NCBI GenBank assembly: GCA_010093605.1
Contig: MU004191.1
Span: forward strand, 1,844,816-1,908,815
Source: Lophium mytilinum
Lineage: Eukaryota
Length of the DNA stretch: 64,000 nt
Direction of reading: 5' to 3'
Below the pieces are notes generated by a model, which made no database searches, was not told the origin of the DNA, and saw nothing but the letters and a program-made list of their open reading frames with translations. Position 1 is the first letter of the stretch, and each line of letters begins with the position of its first letter. The position numbers and the translations under genes are program-made. Positions 12,693 to 25,522 of the stretch are shown here, in pieces.

Positions 12693-14778
12693 ATGCCTCT
12701 GCGGCTGAGAATATGCACGCTGCGGATATGGTTAGACTGGCTTCGTCATCGGCCGTGTCTGCCTCTCAGCCTGCCCACCGAGAGCAATTCTCTGCGTTTG
12801 AAACAATTTCTTCTCCAAGAGATCTAGTATGAAGAGTAACATACTCTAATCGGCATCAGTACTCCGCCTAGGGAACCTCATCGCGGTATGACGGCGGAAC
12901 GGACGCCAGCTTTCCTCCGTTGGACGAGCCCTTAACGATCCGATGGCGACGTCGCAAGAGCACTAGGACCACCCAGCGGCGGAACCTCTCCTCTTAATCC
13001 TCCTACTACTCGAAGAACACGTATATTCGATGGTCCCATCAGTGCCAAATCTGCGCGTCGGAGGTCAAGTGCCATCGACTCCGTCGTTTTCCAACCTTAC
13101 GATACGGATAGCGGGGTGAACGAGGAAAGGGAAGAGGAATACTCTGTTTTAAGGGACCTAAATGAGGCGGAAATTAGCACCCCTATGATTGAAGAAGAGT
13201 ACATAGGAGAGGTGTCGAGCGATGTACTATTGGATTTTGATAGCCGTACGAGACTACGGATACAAACTACGGCCAGGCCAGACTCAAAGTCACGATCACA
13301 AGCGCAGAGGGAGAGCGCACGGAGCTTTGGGTCTCGGACAGAATCATGGGCTACTGCAAAGTCCAGACCCTTCAGTCGATGGAGCAGGATATCGAAGATG
13401 TCCAGCACTGCAAGCTTCGTTACGGCAAGAACTGTGGCTTCAAGGTATGACCATTCCTTATGTCTATCCGAGGATATACCGATCTGTCGATGTGGCCTAG
13501 GAAAGCTCCCGATCTAAGTCACCGTATTCTTAATAAATCTGTGCCTTTTCGTTATCCGGTTTGGCTGACTTTTGAATTTTATATAGCAGACATCAAAGTC
13601 TCCTAATAGAACGAAATAGTCATGGCAACTCCCCGTGGCAAAGCACGTTATCTGACATGAACCTGCTCGTACATGCCTCGGTCGAGCAAAACTGGTCTGG
13701 CCGCGGACAACATGCGGAGTACACCCGAGGAGAAGAGGAGAGCATACCGCTTATTCATGAGAAAGTGCTTGGCCACTGTGCGTACGTGCAAGTCGACAGC
13801 GTCCGTTGTAGACGGATTCGTCTTGCTCGCAAGGTTATCCGATGCAACTATCGTTTGAAAAAGGAAGAAGCAATTCAGGAGGTGAAACATATGCAAAATT
13901 TGTGGCACACTCACATCATTCGGCTCGTCGGGACCTACCTATGTGGATTCAAGCTCGCCATTCTTCTTTATCCCGTTGCCGAGTACAGTCTCGACATGTT
14001 TCTTGAAGGATTCCACGACGGAATCGAAATTGAACCTCGATCGTCCAAGCACGTTCTTATGAGGAACTCAATACGTTCATTCTTCGGGTGTCTCGCAACC
14101 GCCTTGACATACCTACACGCAAACCTAATTAAACATATGGATATTAAGCCAAAAAATATCCTCGTTAAAGACATGGGTTCCGCAGGTACTCTGACATACA
14201 TGCGGTATAAGATAATTCTCGCGGATTTTGGTATTGCTCATTCTTACGCGACAGAGTTGGAAGCAGACACCGAGTCTCCAACATCTTTTACGAGGGCATA
14301 TGCTGCACCAGAGCTCGTTGAACAGTCCAAACGAGGTCTTTCCGTAGACGTTTTCTCACTTGGATGTGTTTACTTGGAAATACTCTCTGCCCTCATGGAC
14401 TCATTCACCATTGATTGTACGCGAAAAGTGAGCACGTTTACGCGAGGCGAAACCTACTGAGACGCTTTACTCAGTATCCGCGCAAATGGCAAAAGTACCG
14501 TGGGAGATGGTTTGTACCACGCGAATCTCGACGCCGTGCAAATCTGGCTTTTACAAGCTGTTGATACTTTCTATCAGGTTGCGAGAGAGAACGTGGCGCA
14601 ATTTCATCATCCAGAACAGATCCCAGAACTCGGGTCACTCTCCAAGCAAATGCTCGAGAGGGACCCTACCATGCGGCCTTCGGCAACCAGAGTTTGCCAA
14701 TTCTTCGATAACACTAATCTCTTGCACCCGTGCTGTTGCGATCCTCAGCCCGCTCCTTTTGAAGCGGTCAGCGATTGA
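12693..14778 (+). pseudogene. Fungal Ser/Thr protein kinase with an in-frame stop in the C-lobe (5' end uncertain)
   Basis: NWSGRGQH, ARKVI, HMDIKPKNILV, ADFG, YAAPE, DVFSLGCV. TGA at 14458-14460, then the same frame continues to YHANL...MLERDPTMRPSA (subdomain XI). Intron 13445-13586 links the upstream frame. Confidence 0.75.
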
Positions 14779-15084
14779 AAGTATCCGCAACGCATTCTAT
14801 TTTACGATTGGCACGTACAGCCAGGATGCGGACTTAGCACTCGATGTTGAAACTGCTAGAACTATAGCTGATCTCCCCAGTACCCCCATGTTCTCGGTGT
14901 TTGGAATGTCTGCGCTTGTTATTGCGACAGGGTGGCTTTACGTCGCGCTTACTCTGCCGCTCGCCGTTTTTAGGGTCGATATCTGGTCGATTTGGCAGCA
15001 CTTTCCGTCGTTGACACGATGGGTGTGTATGGCTAGGGGAAAGGCACTGTTACGGGGATAGAGAAGTGGGGTCTCACTAGGCGT

Positions 15085-15392
15085 ACTCATTCATATACGG
15101 CTGCACTCGCCCACAAGCTCACCAGTCTCGGCTCACGTATGGTTCCTGCTTTGCATGCCAGCCCCATACGCTATCCTTCTCAGCCTCGTCTGATCTAAAA
15201 TCGCCGGGTTCTCCAAGAAGGTCCCCACAACGTTCGCTGTCTTCTGCGTGGGCAATATCATCTCGCCTCAGCCCTTTCTCGCCAAGGAGGCCATCGCACT
15301 ATGATCTGGTATTCGCGCGATGTTGGTAGTTATATGCCTTGGCTGGGCCAATATTGGATGGACTCGGTTGGTATTACTGGTTCGAGGACAAT
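15085..15392 (+). pseudogene. Relic C-terminal fragment of a Dal5/allantoate-permease-type MFS transporter
   Basis: Reads LLSLV*SKIAGFSKKV...FCVGNIISPQPFLAKEA..*SGIRAML and, after a frameshift, LGWYYWFED. This matches the family pattern SNxAGxTKK...YCVGNIIGPQ. Confidence 0.65.
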
Positions 15393-15612
15393 CCTAGTCC
15401 GTTACTCGCGAGTCAGAGTGGTTAGTAAACCGTCTGATTGATTACTGGCCGCAAAATTGAAATAGACTAGCTAGAGCACGATTGGCATTGGATTGGACGG
15501 TTAGGATTGACCGGTTCATTGATCACGCTGTCGCAAACTACTTCGACGCGGGAGTGAAGCTAGTATCGTCAATTGACTGCACTGAGCAGGTTTTGCATTT
15601 ATTACTTCAACT

Positions 15613-16907
15613 TCATCGCTTACTCATCAGCTGCTGCAATCTCAACCATTCCTCAGGCGTGTAGGCACGTCGCAGGACACCATTGTCCAGGTTTTCCACA
15701 TCCTCACCAAATAGCCAAGAGTCTCGTTCCATGCTCTCCATTTCGGTAGGTGAGTAGAAGAACACCTCCAATTGCGGATTCTGGGCCTTACACCTTGCCT
15801 CGACATCATTCCAGAAGTTTCCAAGGATAGGAAAATCCTGTTTCTCCAAAACAACGAAAGTTCCGTCCTCGTACTCTCTACCATGGTGGCTTTGCCTCAG
15901 CCTCCGATGCATCTTGAACATAGTGTTGTCTTGAACATAGTGACGATATGGATTCTCCCAGAGGGGATGGAGTTTGGGGAGGCTGATACACATGTTTAGA
16001 TCCGGTAGACTGAGCAAAGACTCCAGAGGATGGAGAATAGCTCGCTCATTGACGCGTGACCAAGACGACTTGTCGTCGTGGTCTATCCATATTTGGAGTC
16101 TTCGGAGCTCTTTAAGTTGGGTTATGGCCGTGTGAACGTCCAACCACGCAGTCACTCTTGACTTTAGAACAGCAGGTGGTAACCTTTTTAAGCTTGGAAT
16201 TGAGAGATCAGGAATATAATCCAGATCGGGGAAATTATCAGCTGTTAGACGCTCGATTTCCTGGCATTCGTCCAGGGAAAGCCGTAGGGTGATATGTAGC
16301 TCTCTGATATTTGAAAACGCAGAACCTAGATAGCCGGAAGCGGAGAAAGTCCCAGAGAGACCCAGCGCTTCTCTCTGGGAGAAAGAACGTAGAGTCATAA
16401 GATCAATACTGAAAGTCGCTTCTTTAACGAGATGCTCCACGACGTCAATGTACCTATCGAGTAAGCGAAGATCCACCAACTGGGTAAATCTACCTACAGT
16501 CTCTTGCAAGCGAGAAACATGGCCGAATAGGTCACGCAGCCAGACTTCTTCGCATCCTCTTCGCACTTCCAGTGCGGACCCCACGACGAGCGCAGGCGAC
16601 GCGCCCATGTCGACGTCCAGGTCTTACACGGCTCACAAGTCACATACTCTTCGTAGGGCGGGAGAAGCAACGCTGGAGACGCTTCTCCTACGCATCCAGT
16701 ACATCGCTTCTTCTCTGGACGTGCGTCCTCTATCGGGGACTCATCGCACGACGAGAGGCAGAGCTTGTCGTGCTCATTTAAGAAAACATGGTTGCAGGTT
16801 GGGAGTAGGTAGAAGTAGATGGTGCGACGAATGTCATATGGCGCGAGAAGCAGTCTGCAGTTTGTTTGCGGGTTGATTAAAGTCTCTCGAAGCGAATGCG
16901 TCGACAT
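15613..16907 (-). CDS. Fungal hypothetical protein (DUF7730-like, F-box-like start)
   Basis: NPQTNCRLLLAPYDIRRTIYFYLL...HWKCE...MFLACKRL|YIDVV. A 44-nt GT-AG intron (16497-16454) joins ORFs 16494-17099 and 15613-16608. Confidence 0.65.
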
Positions 16908-17094
16908 GTTGCTTGGGGAGTAGGTTGATGTAAAGATGGTCGAGGTCCGATGATGGCGGGAGCAAAGCGAGCGCCTTGTGTGGAGGATTGCGGCACGGCT
17001 AGGTAGGTAGGTGAGGAACGTACTAGGTAGTGGGTACAGCCCGTACACCGCCACAATCGCGTGGCTAGGTACAGTGTATTTTGCACGTGACAGA

Positions 17095-17310
17095 TACATA
17101 TACTATGTTTATATAGAAGCGCCTCCTTAAAAGTTAATCTAGTAAATATAGAACTAATGAAGGGCTTATATATATATAGAAAAACTAGATCTCTATAACA
17201 AATTCTAAGCTATTATTCTCTAAATTTCTCAATTATATAATTGGAAATACTATATAAGAAGTTTACTTTACTTGGACTTTAGCTTGCATAATAATATCTA
17301 CATAAATCTG
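17095..17310. repeat. Small AT-rich, RIP-like island
   Basis: Abrupt TpA-rich, low-GC patch of about 200 bp between two GC-balanced genes. Confidence 0.55.
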
Positions 17311-17443
17311 CCTCATGGCTATATCTAACATGTGAGAACCGGCAAGTCAACTGCTATAGGAAATGACCACAACTCTGTCCATGTTTCGATTCAGGCTGTC
17401 CCTAGCACAAGACCCGCGGACGTCCCATTGCTGCCTCGCTGGC

Positions 17444-18747
17444 TTACGATTCCGCAAGCTTGTAGATATCCCCATCACGGTCAACATAGTAACCTAGTGT
17501 CCACATCTTTAGAACCATGGCCAATATGCTTATAGTATCTATGTCTCTGTTAGCATGGAAGCAAGTCACTATTGTGGCTGCGGAAAGCTCACCAGAGTTT
17601 GTCGGTTGCTTGATACTTACACAACAGTCCCAGTCATAGCACAAAGGCTGCGAGTAATCCACCAATTCGCCTCCCTGGGTCGTGTGTGTTAACTGGAAGC
17701 AGTTAGTCGGAACGCTTAATTGACGCAACATAGCAATATTGATTTATGTTGGTCTTACTTCGTGCAGTACAGTGCTCGTGAAAGTCTTCATGAAGTCGAA
17801 GTAGCGTTTAGGATAGTTTTTGAGCGCTCCTGTGTTGGGTGGGAGCTCTGCCCCTGTATTTTGAAGTTCTAGCGCCCATTCTATTCTGTCTTTGTCAATT
17901 TTCGGGAATCCTTGTGCCGCGAACTTCTCAATGAACCACGGGCAAACATCGATACTGCAGGAGTAGTCTGTCGCAGCCTCGAAACCCGCCCTTTTCGTTG
18001 TCCTGTCTTTCTGCAGGGCCGCGCGCCATCCAGCTTCGTCGAAATGTTTGGGTACCTTCGTAGTCATTTTTGTGAGATCTGTTTTTTTCTGCCCAATATC
18101 ATAACAGTTCTTGAGTGTGGCTGTGTTCTTCTCGAGGACCAAGAAATCTCTGATTGTTTCTCTCCAATCGGGCCCTCCCAGGTAAGCCTTATCAAAGCGT
18201 GCATCATCACAGTAGAAGATCTAAACCCACATCGTATTAGGTACTGTAATTATCTTGACGACAGGTTGACATACAGTATTACGCATGTCGCTCCTAGCGG
18301 CAAAGTTTCCTGGCTCCCTCGTAATGGCTTTCAAGTTGGCAAAGGTGGCTGTTTCACAAAGCCCGCATCAGCGACCACACAGCAATCAAGATGGGGTCTA
18401 AATGCGGAGCCGGCACAGCCCTACTCACCTTTCGCTGCGTTGAAATTGCTTTCGTAATTATCCCCGGCTCTGTTGGTTAGGAGGAGCTTGGACATCGCCT
18501 TGACTTGGTCCTCGTTAGCATGGTCCTCCATGACCTGCCAGGCATTCGTCGCAAGGTCCAATGCCTCGTGGACTCCCACTTTGATCTGATCGCTCCATTT
18601 CTCTACGGTAGATAGGTCAATAATTATAGTTAAGGCCCCTCAACGATGGTTACACTGACCACATGATGAATCGAGAGACCATAATCCCGCTGCGATCGAC
18701 AAAGAACAGTTGGCTAGGGCAAACAAAATGCGTGTGTGCAACTTCAT
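17444..18747 (-). CDS. Secreted zincin metalloprotease-like protein (M35/aspzincin-like), multi-exon
   Basis: Signal peptide MKLHTRILFALANCSLSIAAG, then WSLDSSC. HExxH (TVLHE|LTH) forms only after splicing the intron at ~17758-17693. A downstream NS..D motif follows. Confidence 0.7.
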
Positions 18748-20324
18748 GGTAGGAGGTAAGAGATGACGAGATGTGTCGGATTGGGAGTGTCGGTATTGGG
18801 ATATGAGACGCAGCCACAGCCTTTAAGTATCATTTCTATCAAGCCGTGAACGTGACCCTACGGCTGTAGTAGTGGATCTGAACACAGCCTGCAACGTTTT
18901 CTTTCTTGCGCGCTATCTGTCCGGACTGAAACATAGCCACCTATAGATTGTGATCATGTCTAATCGAATTGCTAGATGCCAGATATCCAAGAGCCGAAAC
19001 AGTTGTGGAACTGATGGAGGAAGCAGGAAGCACGGGGGAGGAGCAGGGTTTACGAAGGAGGAGGAGGAAGAAGAGTAAGAGGCGAGGGGAAGAGTGTGAG
19101 GGCTCGACGTGAGGTGGAGGCGTTGTAAGGAGGAGGCGTTATGAGCAGGAGGATGGACGAGGGGGCTATGTAACGGGAGTGTGTGGCGGGCCTTCGGGGG
19201 AAGGCGTAGCCAGAAATCGAATTTTCCGAGACCCCAGAATTGTTGAACAATCTACAGCAAAGATACTTGGTCCACTGCCAGCAGCATCTCAATATTGAAG
19301 ATCTACTTCTGATGCCGAAAATTGGACGCAAGATATTCGAATGTCATCAAAATGTGCCTGAAGTAGGTTTGAGACTCGCAAAATGCGATGCTGTGTTGAT
19401 ATTCAGAGCACCTACTCGTTTTTGACCACTGCTCTACGTCATGCAGGTGTAACTAGAAGTTTAAGATCGTGACCATGCTTTCCTTGAGTGCAACTTGCTT
19501 CTGAAACATTGCACTCCTCAGAGAAATGCACGAGAAGGAGGGAAGTGGCGCCGGGAAGGGCGCAGGAGGAAGGAGCGCAGAACATGGCCGTACGAAGATT
19601 GAAAGGCAGATCTGACTCGACTGTGGGCGCAAGGCGAGGTACGACGGGCTGAAACCTTGAGGATGATGTATGACATGGCGCAGCCTCTTGGCTGCTTTGG
19701 ATTGTAGTATTGAAATAGGAAAAGAAGGGCCGAAGACGAAATCCGGGAAACAAGAATACGGTAAATGTGTCCTATTCAGATTTTAATACCTTTGTAGAAA
19801 AGACGGCATGAAATTGAACTAAGTTTGCTCTAATGAGATGCGATCATCAGGCGCTGAACATAGTGGAGAAGTTTCATTGCTAGTCGATGAAAAGAGCAAA
19901 GTTGTCGATTTGCGAGAAACAGCCTTTAAGATTAACGAGGCGTCAGGATTGGCTGTAAGAATGGGACTTCGGGAAGTGGTATGATTTCACGCGGGGGCCA
20001 GATTTGAGGCGTGAAGAGAAGGCTGTGCTTGAGGATTTGGAGAGTTACAGAACGGCGCCCCAACGACCCCCTTGTAGAGTAAAAGTGGACCCACAAAGTA
20101 AATCCTCTCAGAGCGTGACATCCCAATACCACGGCGCAACAAATTAAAAGGTGTCCTTTGGCCTTCGAACGGGTTATATAGCCACTGTGTGCCCTCACAT
20201 TGAAGACTCATCGCCACGAAGTACAGCACCACTGATTAAGTACAACACTTTAAACAGCATCGTTCTGAGAATTTCAACTTCTTGCCATCTTTCCTACCAG
20301 CTCCGTACCCTATCTATCATCGCA

Positions 20325-22590
20325 ATGAAGTGGAACCGCCCTTCTCTCTGGTCAGTCTTGCCACTTCTGGGCTAGCAGATGTGCTAGACCTGGGGGATCT
20401 GAATCAATATAACAAAAGAAAGGTAAGAACAATAAACCTAAAGATAGCTAAACATGACTAACAAAGTCTCAGGATGGTCCTCCTTCCTTGTCTGGAACTA
20501 CTGTGTGGATATCCGGGAAGGAAGGCGATGGCTTCGATGTAGCCCTCTCCCCGGATGCTGAGGCTAAAATTCAAGGCGTACTGGAAGCCTGCTTAGTTCC
20601 CGATCAGAAGTGCTATGAGGACGTTAACGGTATCCTTGTCTCCGCAGATCTAGAATTCGACACCCAACTAGAACGTCGCGCGCTTGTCGATCTTCTCTCC
20701 AAGACAGCCAAGAAAGTCGGCTGGGTATTTTCCAGCATATATCTTATACTGAGTTACAGATGGCGATTGAAACACGCGGACGATGTTAAAAACGTGTTTA
20801 TACCCGCGAAAACAGCAAGCCAGGTAGGTAAAGAATTCACCGCTACTGAGCTCGTGGCATCTGCTTCCGGAACAGCTATTACGATCACCCCAGCTCCTGA
20901 CCCAACCAAACCACAAGGGCAAGTTGTTCACCAGACACCTCTGTTAAAGGTGTGGTGCTAACCCTGCTATTTCTTATAGAGGCCAAACCCCCGCTGTGAC
21001 CACAGTAAGCAAAGCAGGTAACGGCCTTTCCAATGGAGATCTTGTCGCTCTACTGGACCCAGAACTTGCTTCCAAGATTCAAGCAGCCATGAGTAAGATG
21101 ACGGACTGCGACGAGGGTCGGAAATTTGATCAAGAAAATGGCTCGAAGAAGCGCGCAGAGCTTTCCAGCCTCGGGCAAGCAATCTGCGCTGCGATAGGCA
21201 CGACAATTCAGGCGGGGGCGGGGGGACCATTCGATCGTATGACACTCCTCGATACAGGTCATGCCGCATTTACGTTCGTCACTATGGAAACCGCCCGAGC
21301 AGCTCTTATCGTTGCAGATTTCGTTCGTGCGTACGCGTCAGAGCTTACCATTCCGGAAGAATCCGCAGACCAGTTTGCAAACTATGTGTTCGCATTGGCA
21401 ATAGACTCGATAGTCGACAAAATCCCACTCGGGGAGAAAAACCGGATTGCGTCGTCTCTTATCACAACGGCAACATCGACGTCCCCGTCTACCTCATCTA
21501 CATCAGAATGCCCAGCTGCTACAGCAACACCTGTGAGTGATAGCCCATAGAGAGAAGTGACACTGGTGGTTTTCTAGCGTTTGCTGACCTTGTACACCTA
21601 CTCTAGCTTTTCTGTGGATACGAGGATATATCAAATTGCGGCGCAAGGCTGCCGAAAACGAATGATGGAGACGTAGTTTGTGTTTCAGTGAGTCCAGCGT
21701 GCCACCCCGCGGCTCTTCTTACGGAAGTAACTGATATTGGCAATTTCCAAAAGGGAAAATACCAGGAGTGCAAGTGTAACGCCCCGATCGTCGAGTCTGC
21801 CAACATGGCCTCCGCGGAGGAGATAGCGTTCATGGATTTACAATTGGAGTACTTGAAATCCCATGAAGCTAAAACTAATTGTACCGGACTTCAGTCGAAC
21901 ACCTACGTCACCCGGAACGTGGTCCACGATCTCATCGTGAACACCTATTGCAAGCTATGGCAAGGAGATGTTAAGAAAGTTGGAATTGGAGGATATATGC
22001 ACGACACGCCAGAGGATGTCGAAATCGGGGCTATGGGTGATATTGAGGCAGACGGAGGCATTACCCCAGAAGAGTGCCAGAAGTGGCTGCTTAAGGTCCT
22101 TGACGACTGCGACACTGATGCTACCGCAAATCCGATGAACTGGAAAGCAGGCGGCGAAATAAAGGTCAACCACTGGACTTACAGCATCAGAGCGCTACAC
22201 GATCGGCCCCCAGCTCCCAAAAGTCCATCTGCCTGGTGCAGACTGGAAGACTGTGGTGATTCCGGGTGCACAGCGAGGATATGGGGTGCGGGATGGTTAA
22301 CCTCTACTCCAGCTCACGGCGAAGAGCTGCTTGGGGCTTTTGACACAGTGCAGAAGATTCTCACCAGCGAGGGTCAGGTACAGCAACTAGGTGGTCATCG
22401 CGGTATCAACACAAGCCATTGGAGAGAAACTTGGAAATACGAGTTGAAGGATGGACATGAATGGGGTGTGGAAATTGGTGCGGATATGGGAGCCTTTCTA
22501 GATCCTGCGAAAATAATTCCGAACATCACAAGGGTTGTGGCCAACAAGGAGGATCCTGGCTATCTTAAGGTAGATGATTGCGCTAGCTGA
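20325..22590 (+). CDS. Secreted Cys-containing protein with an NPMNWK-GG fungal C-terminal module; apparent frameshift in the signal peptide
   Basis: Exons joined by introns at 20423-20472, 20919-20979 (GC-AG), 21533-21606 and one starting at ~21688. C-terminus: C..WLLKVLDDCD..NPMNWKAGG...IWGAGW. Confidence 0.65.
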
Positions 22591-23058
22591 GAGGCTGGGG
22601 GACATCGGATCTGGAGTTTCGTTTTGGCTTTTCTCGCAACTGTGGACCATGCGACGATTGGCAGCGCTTTTCCATCCTCAGCTTTAGTATCACTATCTTT
22701 CTTGTCTTCAAGATGTCTCGCATGCTTTCGTGGGTGCAAAAGTTCTTTCTGGTGTACTGGCTCCCAAATATCGGTCCTAAATAGGATTGTTCAATCATCA
22801 CACGATGTGAAAGATTCGCCAAAGCAAGGTAGACACGCTATGCAGGAAACAAGTGAGAATCCATCAATTAGTATCTTGCGGCTCGCGGTGGAGTAGAGAG
22901 AGATTCATAGCAGATGTCTCTCTTCCTAAACTAATAATAGATAGAGAACACAATTCCTAGCACTTTACTTCAGCCCTCCACCGTTCTTCCGTTTTACTTA
23001 GCTTTCCTTGCATCATGCTTCCCTTTCCCGTCCTTAGTGATCTCATCCTGATTCATCT

Positions 23059-25171
23059 TCAATTGTCGTTACATCCTTCTTCGGTAGCACAGTCTCCAGC
23101 CACAAAGCCAATCGGCACGTCGTACGGATCTGGAATCGGTGCACGGCACATGCCTGGATGGTAGACCGTAACTTCGGTACCATTTTGAACACGCGGGAGG
23201 ACACCGGTCCGCAGGAATTCCTTTTCAATTCGGGTTGCGAGTGAAGCGGGAACTGCAGATGAGAAAATTAGAAAATAGTTGCAAGGAAAAGGAAGAGATT
23301 CGCACGGTTAAATGTAGTATGATCATCACCATGGCGAACGAGAAGCGCGGAATGATCGGCTTCTTTCCAGGCGACTGTGGCCCATTCGGTTGGGGTGCTG
23401 CGCACGACTGAGATTAGTATACAGATTATGAGACTGAGGGATCGAGGACGTACCTGGCGTCAAAGTCTGCGGTTACGAACAGCATCGGGGCTTTCAAATG
23501 TAGTGGTTTGAGAGGGGCCACGGCGTAGGGCCAGGCGGCGCAGTACATGCGGATGTTCCAGGCAGCGGTTTGGCCGACGTTGTAGGTGTCAAGCTGAGCG
23601 AGGAGCTGGGTTAGTGCTGCTTTGTACAAAGGCTATCGAGCGACGTTTTATTACCTTTGAGCCGGCTTCAAGAGACTTTTGGAATCCGGCCCAAGTGTTG
23701 TCTTCGATATCTAGGCTGTGTTAAAAGGCACGTATACATGGAAGACTGGATGTTCGCCCACAATAATCGCTGCAAAGATAAGGTATCGCTACGACATCGT
23801 TCATAGTCAACGATCCTCCTCCAGCAAGGCTGCTGGTATTTCCCTGGGCCAGCTGCGCAAGGTCCTGGCTTATGATAGGAAATACTGGCTGGTCCTGTAG
23901 CAAATTGTAGAAATCGAACTGGAGAGCGAAGGTGTCTAGCGAAGAGTTTTTTACTGCTGAAAGGAGTTCGTCGTAGACCTATGTTCGAAAGGTGAGAAAT
24001 CTGACGGTGTAGTAGGGATCAAAGCTGCGCTCACCTTGGGAACACTGCCCCTGCCTTGCGCCTTCAAAGGACAACTCGGGTCATTTTGACAATAAGCATC
24101 TGCGCGGAGCAGTGCTCTGTTTCCAGCGAGTATTTGGGTGTTTGCTTGGTCGAAAACGCTCTAGGCAGCAGCATCAGTACGGTAATATACACGTTTAGGC
24201 TAGCTTGAAATTTACATATCCAGGGGCAACTAAAGCATCTAGCACGAAGTGGCCAACACGATGAGGATATTTGGCCGCGTAAAGTTGTGCTCGAAATGAA
24301 CCACTAGGAAAGGTCAGGGACGCAGTGGTACAATGTGGAAGTGGCCATTTACTATGAGAGTCCAACGAAGTTGATCTTTTTGTACCCAAGAGCCTTGCGA
24401 ATAGATTCATAATCCTGTATGACCTCGTTCGTCCCTGTGAACTGAACGAAACCAGGTGGAGAACTCGATTCGTTAAAGGATTGTATTATTGCCTTGGACG
24501 CAGCTTTGATGGCGTCGAAGTCGCTTTGATTTGTTGGACTATGGCCATGAGTTTTGACCCTTTGAAAGATGGAGTGGAGACTGACTTTGGCAAGAGAATG
24601 GAGCTGAAGGTATCAAGAGACACATTGAGTATGTTGGAGCTCCAAGTGCCGCGTATATCCATCACTGTAAGATCACATGTTTCAGTACATTATTCGTAGC
24701 TGAGGGCAATACGTGAACATACTCATCAAATCATAGTCTTCAAGTCCTGAGAAGTTGGGGAAGTAGTCTCCTGTCTGGTTTAATGCCACTCGCCACGCAG
24801 CTGCAGCGCCTGCATCAGTACCGCCGGGACAACTGTGAAAATTCTCGGTCATTGAAATCGAGACGAAAGGTAGTTTGAGTTGCTGCTTACAAGAAGATTA
24901 CGCCCTTAGGATTTGCAGGACGGTACATGGCTAGGCCGAGGGTAATATTGTTCCTGACGCTGATAGGCTTCGAGTAATCCATGGGCACCTCAATTCGGCC
25001 ACAATGGAGAGTTTTAGGAAGCGCCGTTAGGTTGACACCCTCAGTGACGAGGAAAGTAGCTGGAGGCGGAACATGTTTGCTGCAGTCCACCCATTCTATG
25101 GAATGGGCAGAAACCGCTCCTATCAGAATTGCACAAAGCTGCGCCAAGCGGAGTGGAAGACAGCCTAACAT
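23059..25171 (-). CDS. Secreted TAP-like alpha/beta hydrolase (S33 family), many introns
   Basis: Signal peptide, IEWVDC, LHCGRIEVPMDY, CPGG, MDIRG, nucleophile GLSYG (spliced), YPHRVGHFVLDA, MLFVTADFDA.TP, LVRHGDDH. Confidence 0.85.
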
Positions 25172-25522
25172 GATTAAAATATCAGTTGGGAACAGGCGTA
25201 GAAGTCGGGTCAAGAGGAAAGAGCACGTCGTTTGGGTTGGCCCTTAGTGAACTGAAGGGGATACACCTTGCACTTATAGTTCGTCACGCGGACTTTCTCG
25301 CCAATTTTAGAAAAATCGGGGCAGACAGCGCGGAAATAAGAGCAACAGAACACATGCCCGATTGATCACAGTGGCTGAAAATAAGTACACGGTCTAGTGG
25401 ATGACTCAACGGCTTGCATTTTAAGATGGGTAGTAATAGGCGACGCATAGCTAATCCACATTTTGACTCGGAATGTAGTTATTATGGAGAAGCTGATAGG
25501 CCGTTCTCGTTGTCCAAATCGT

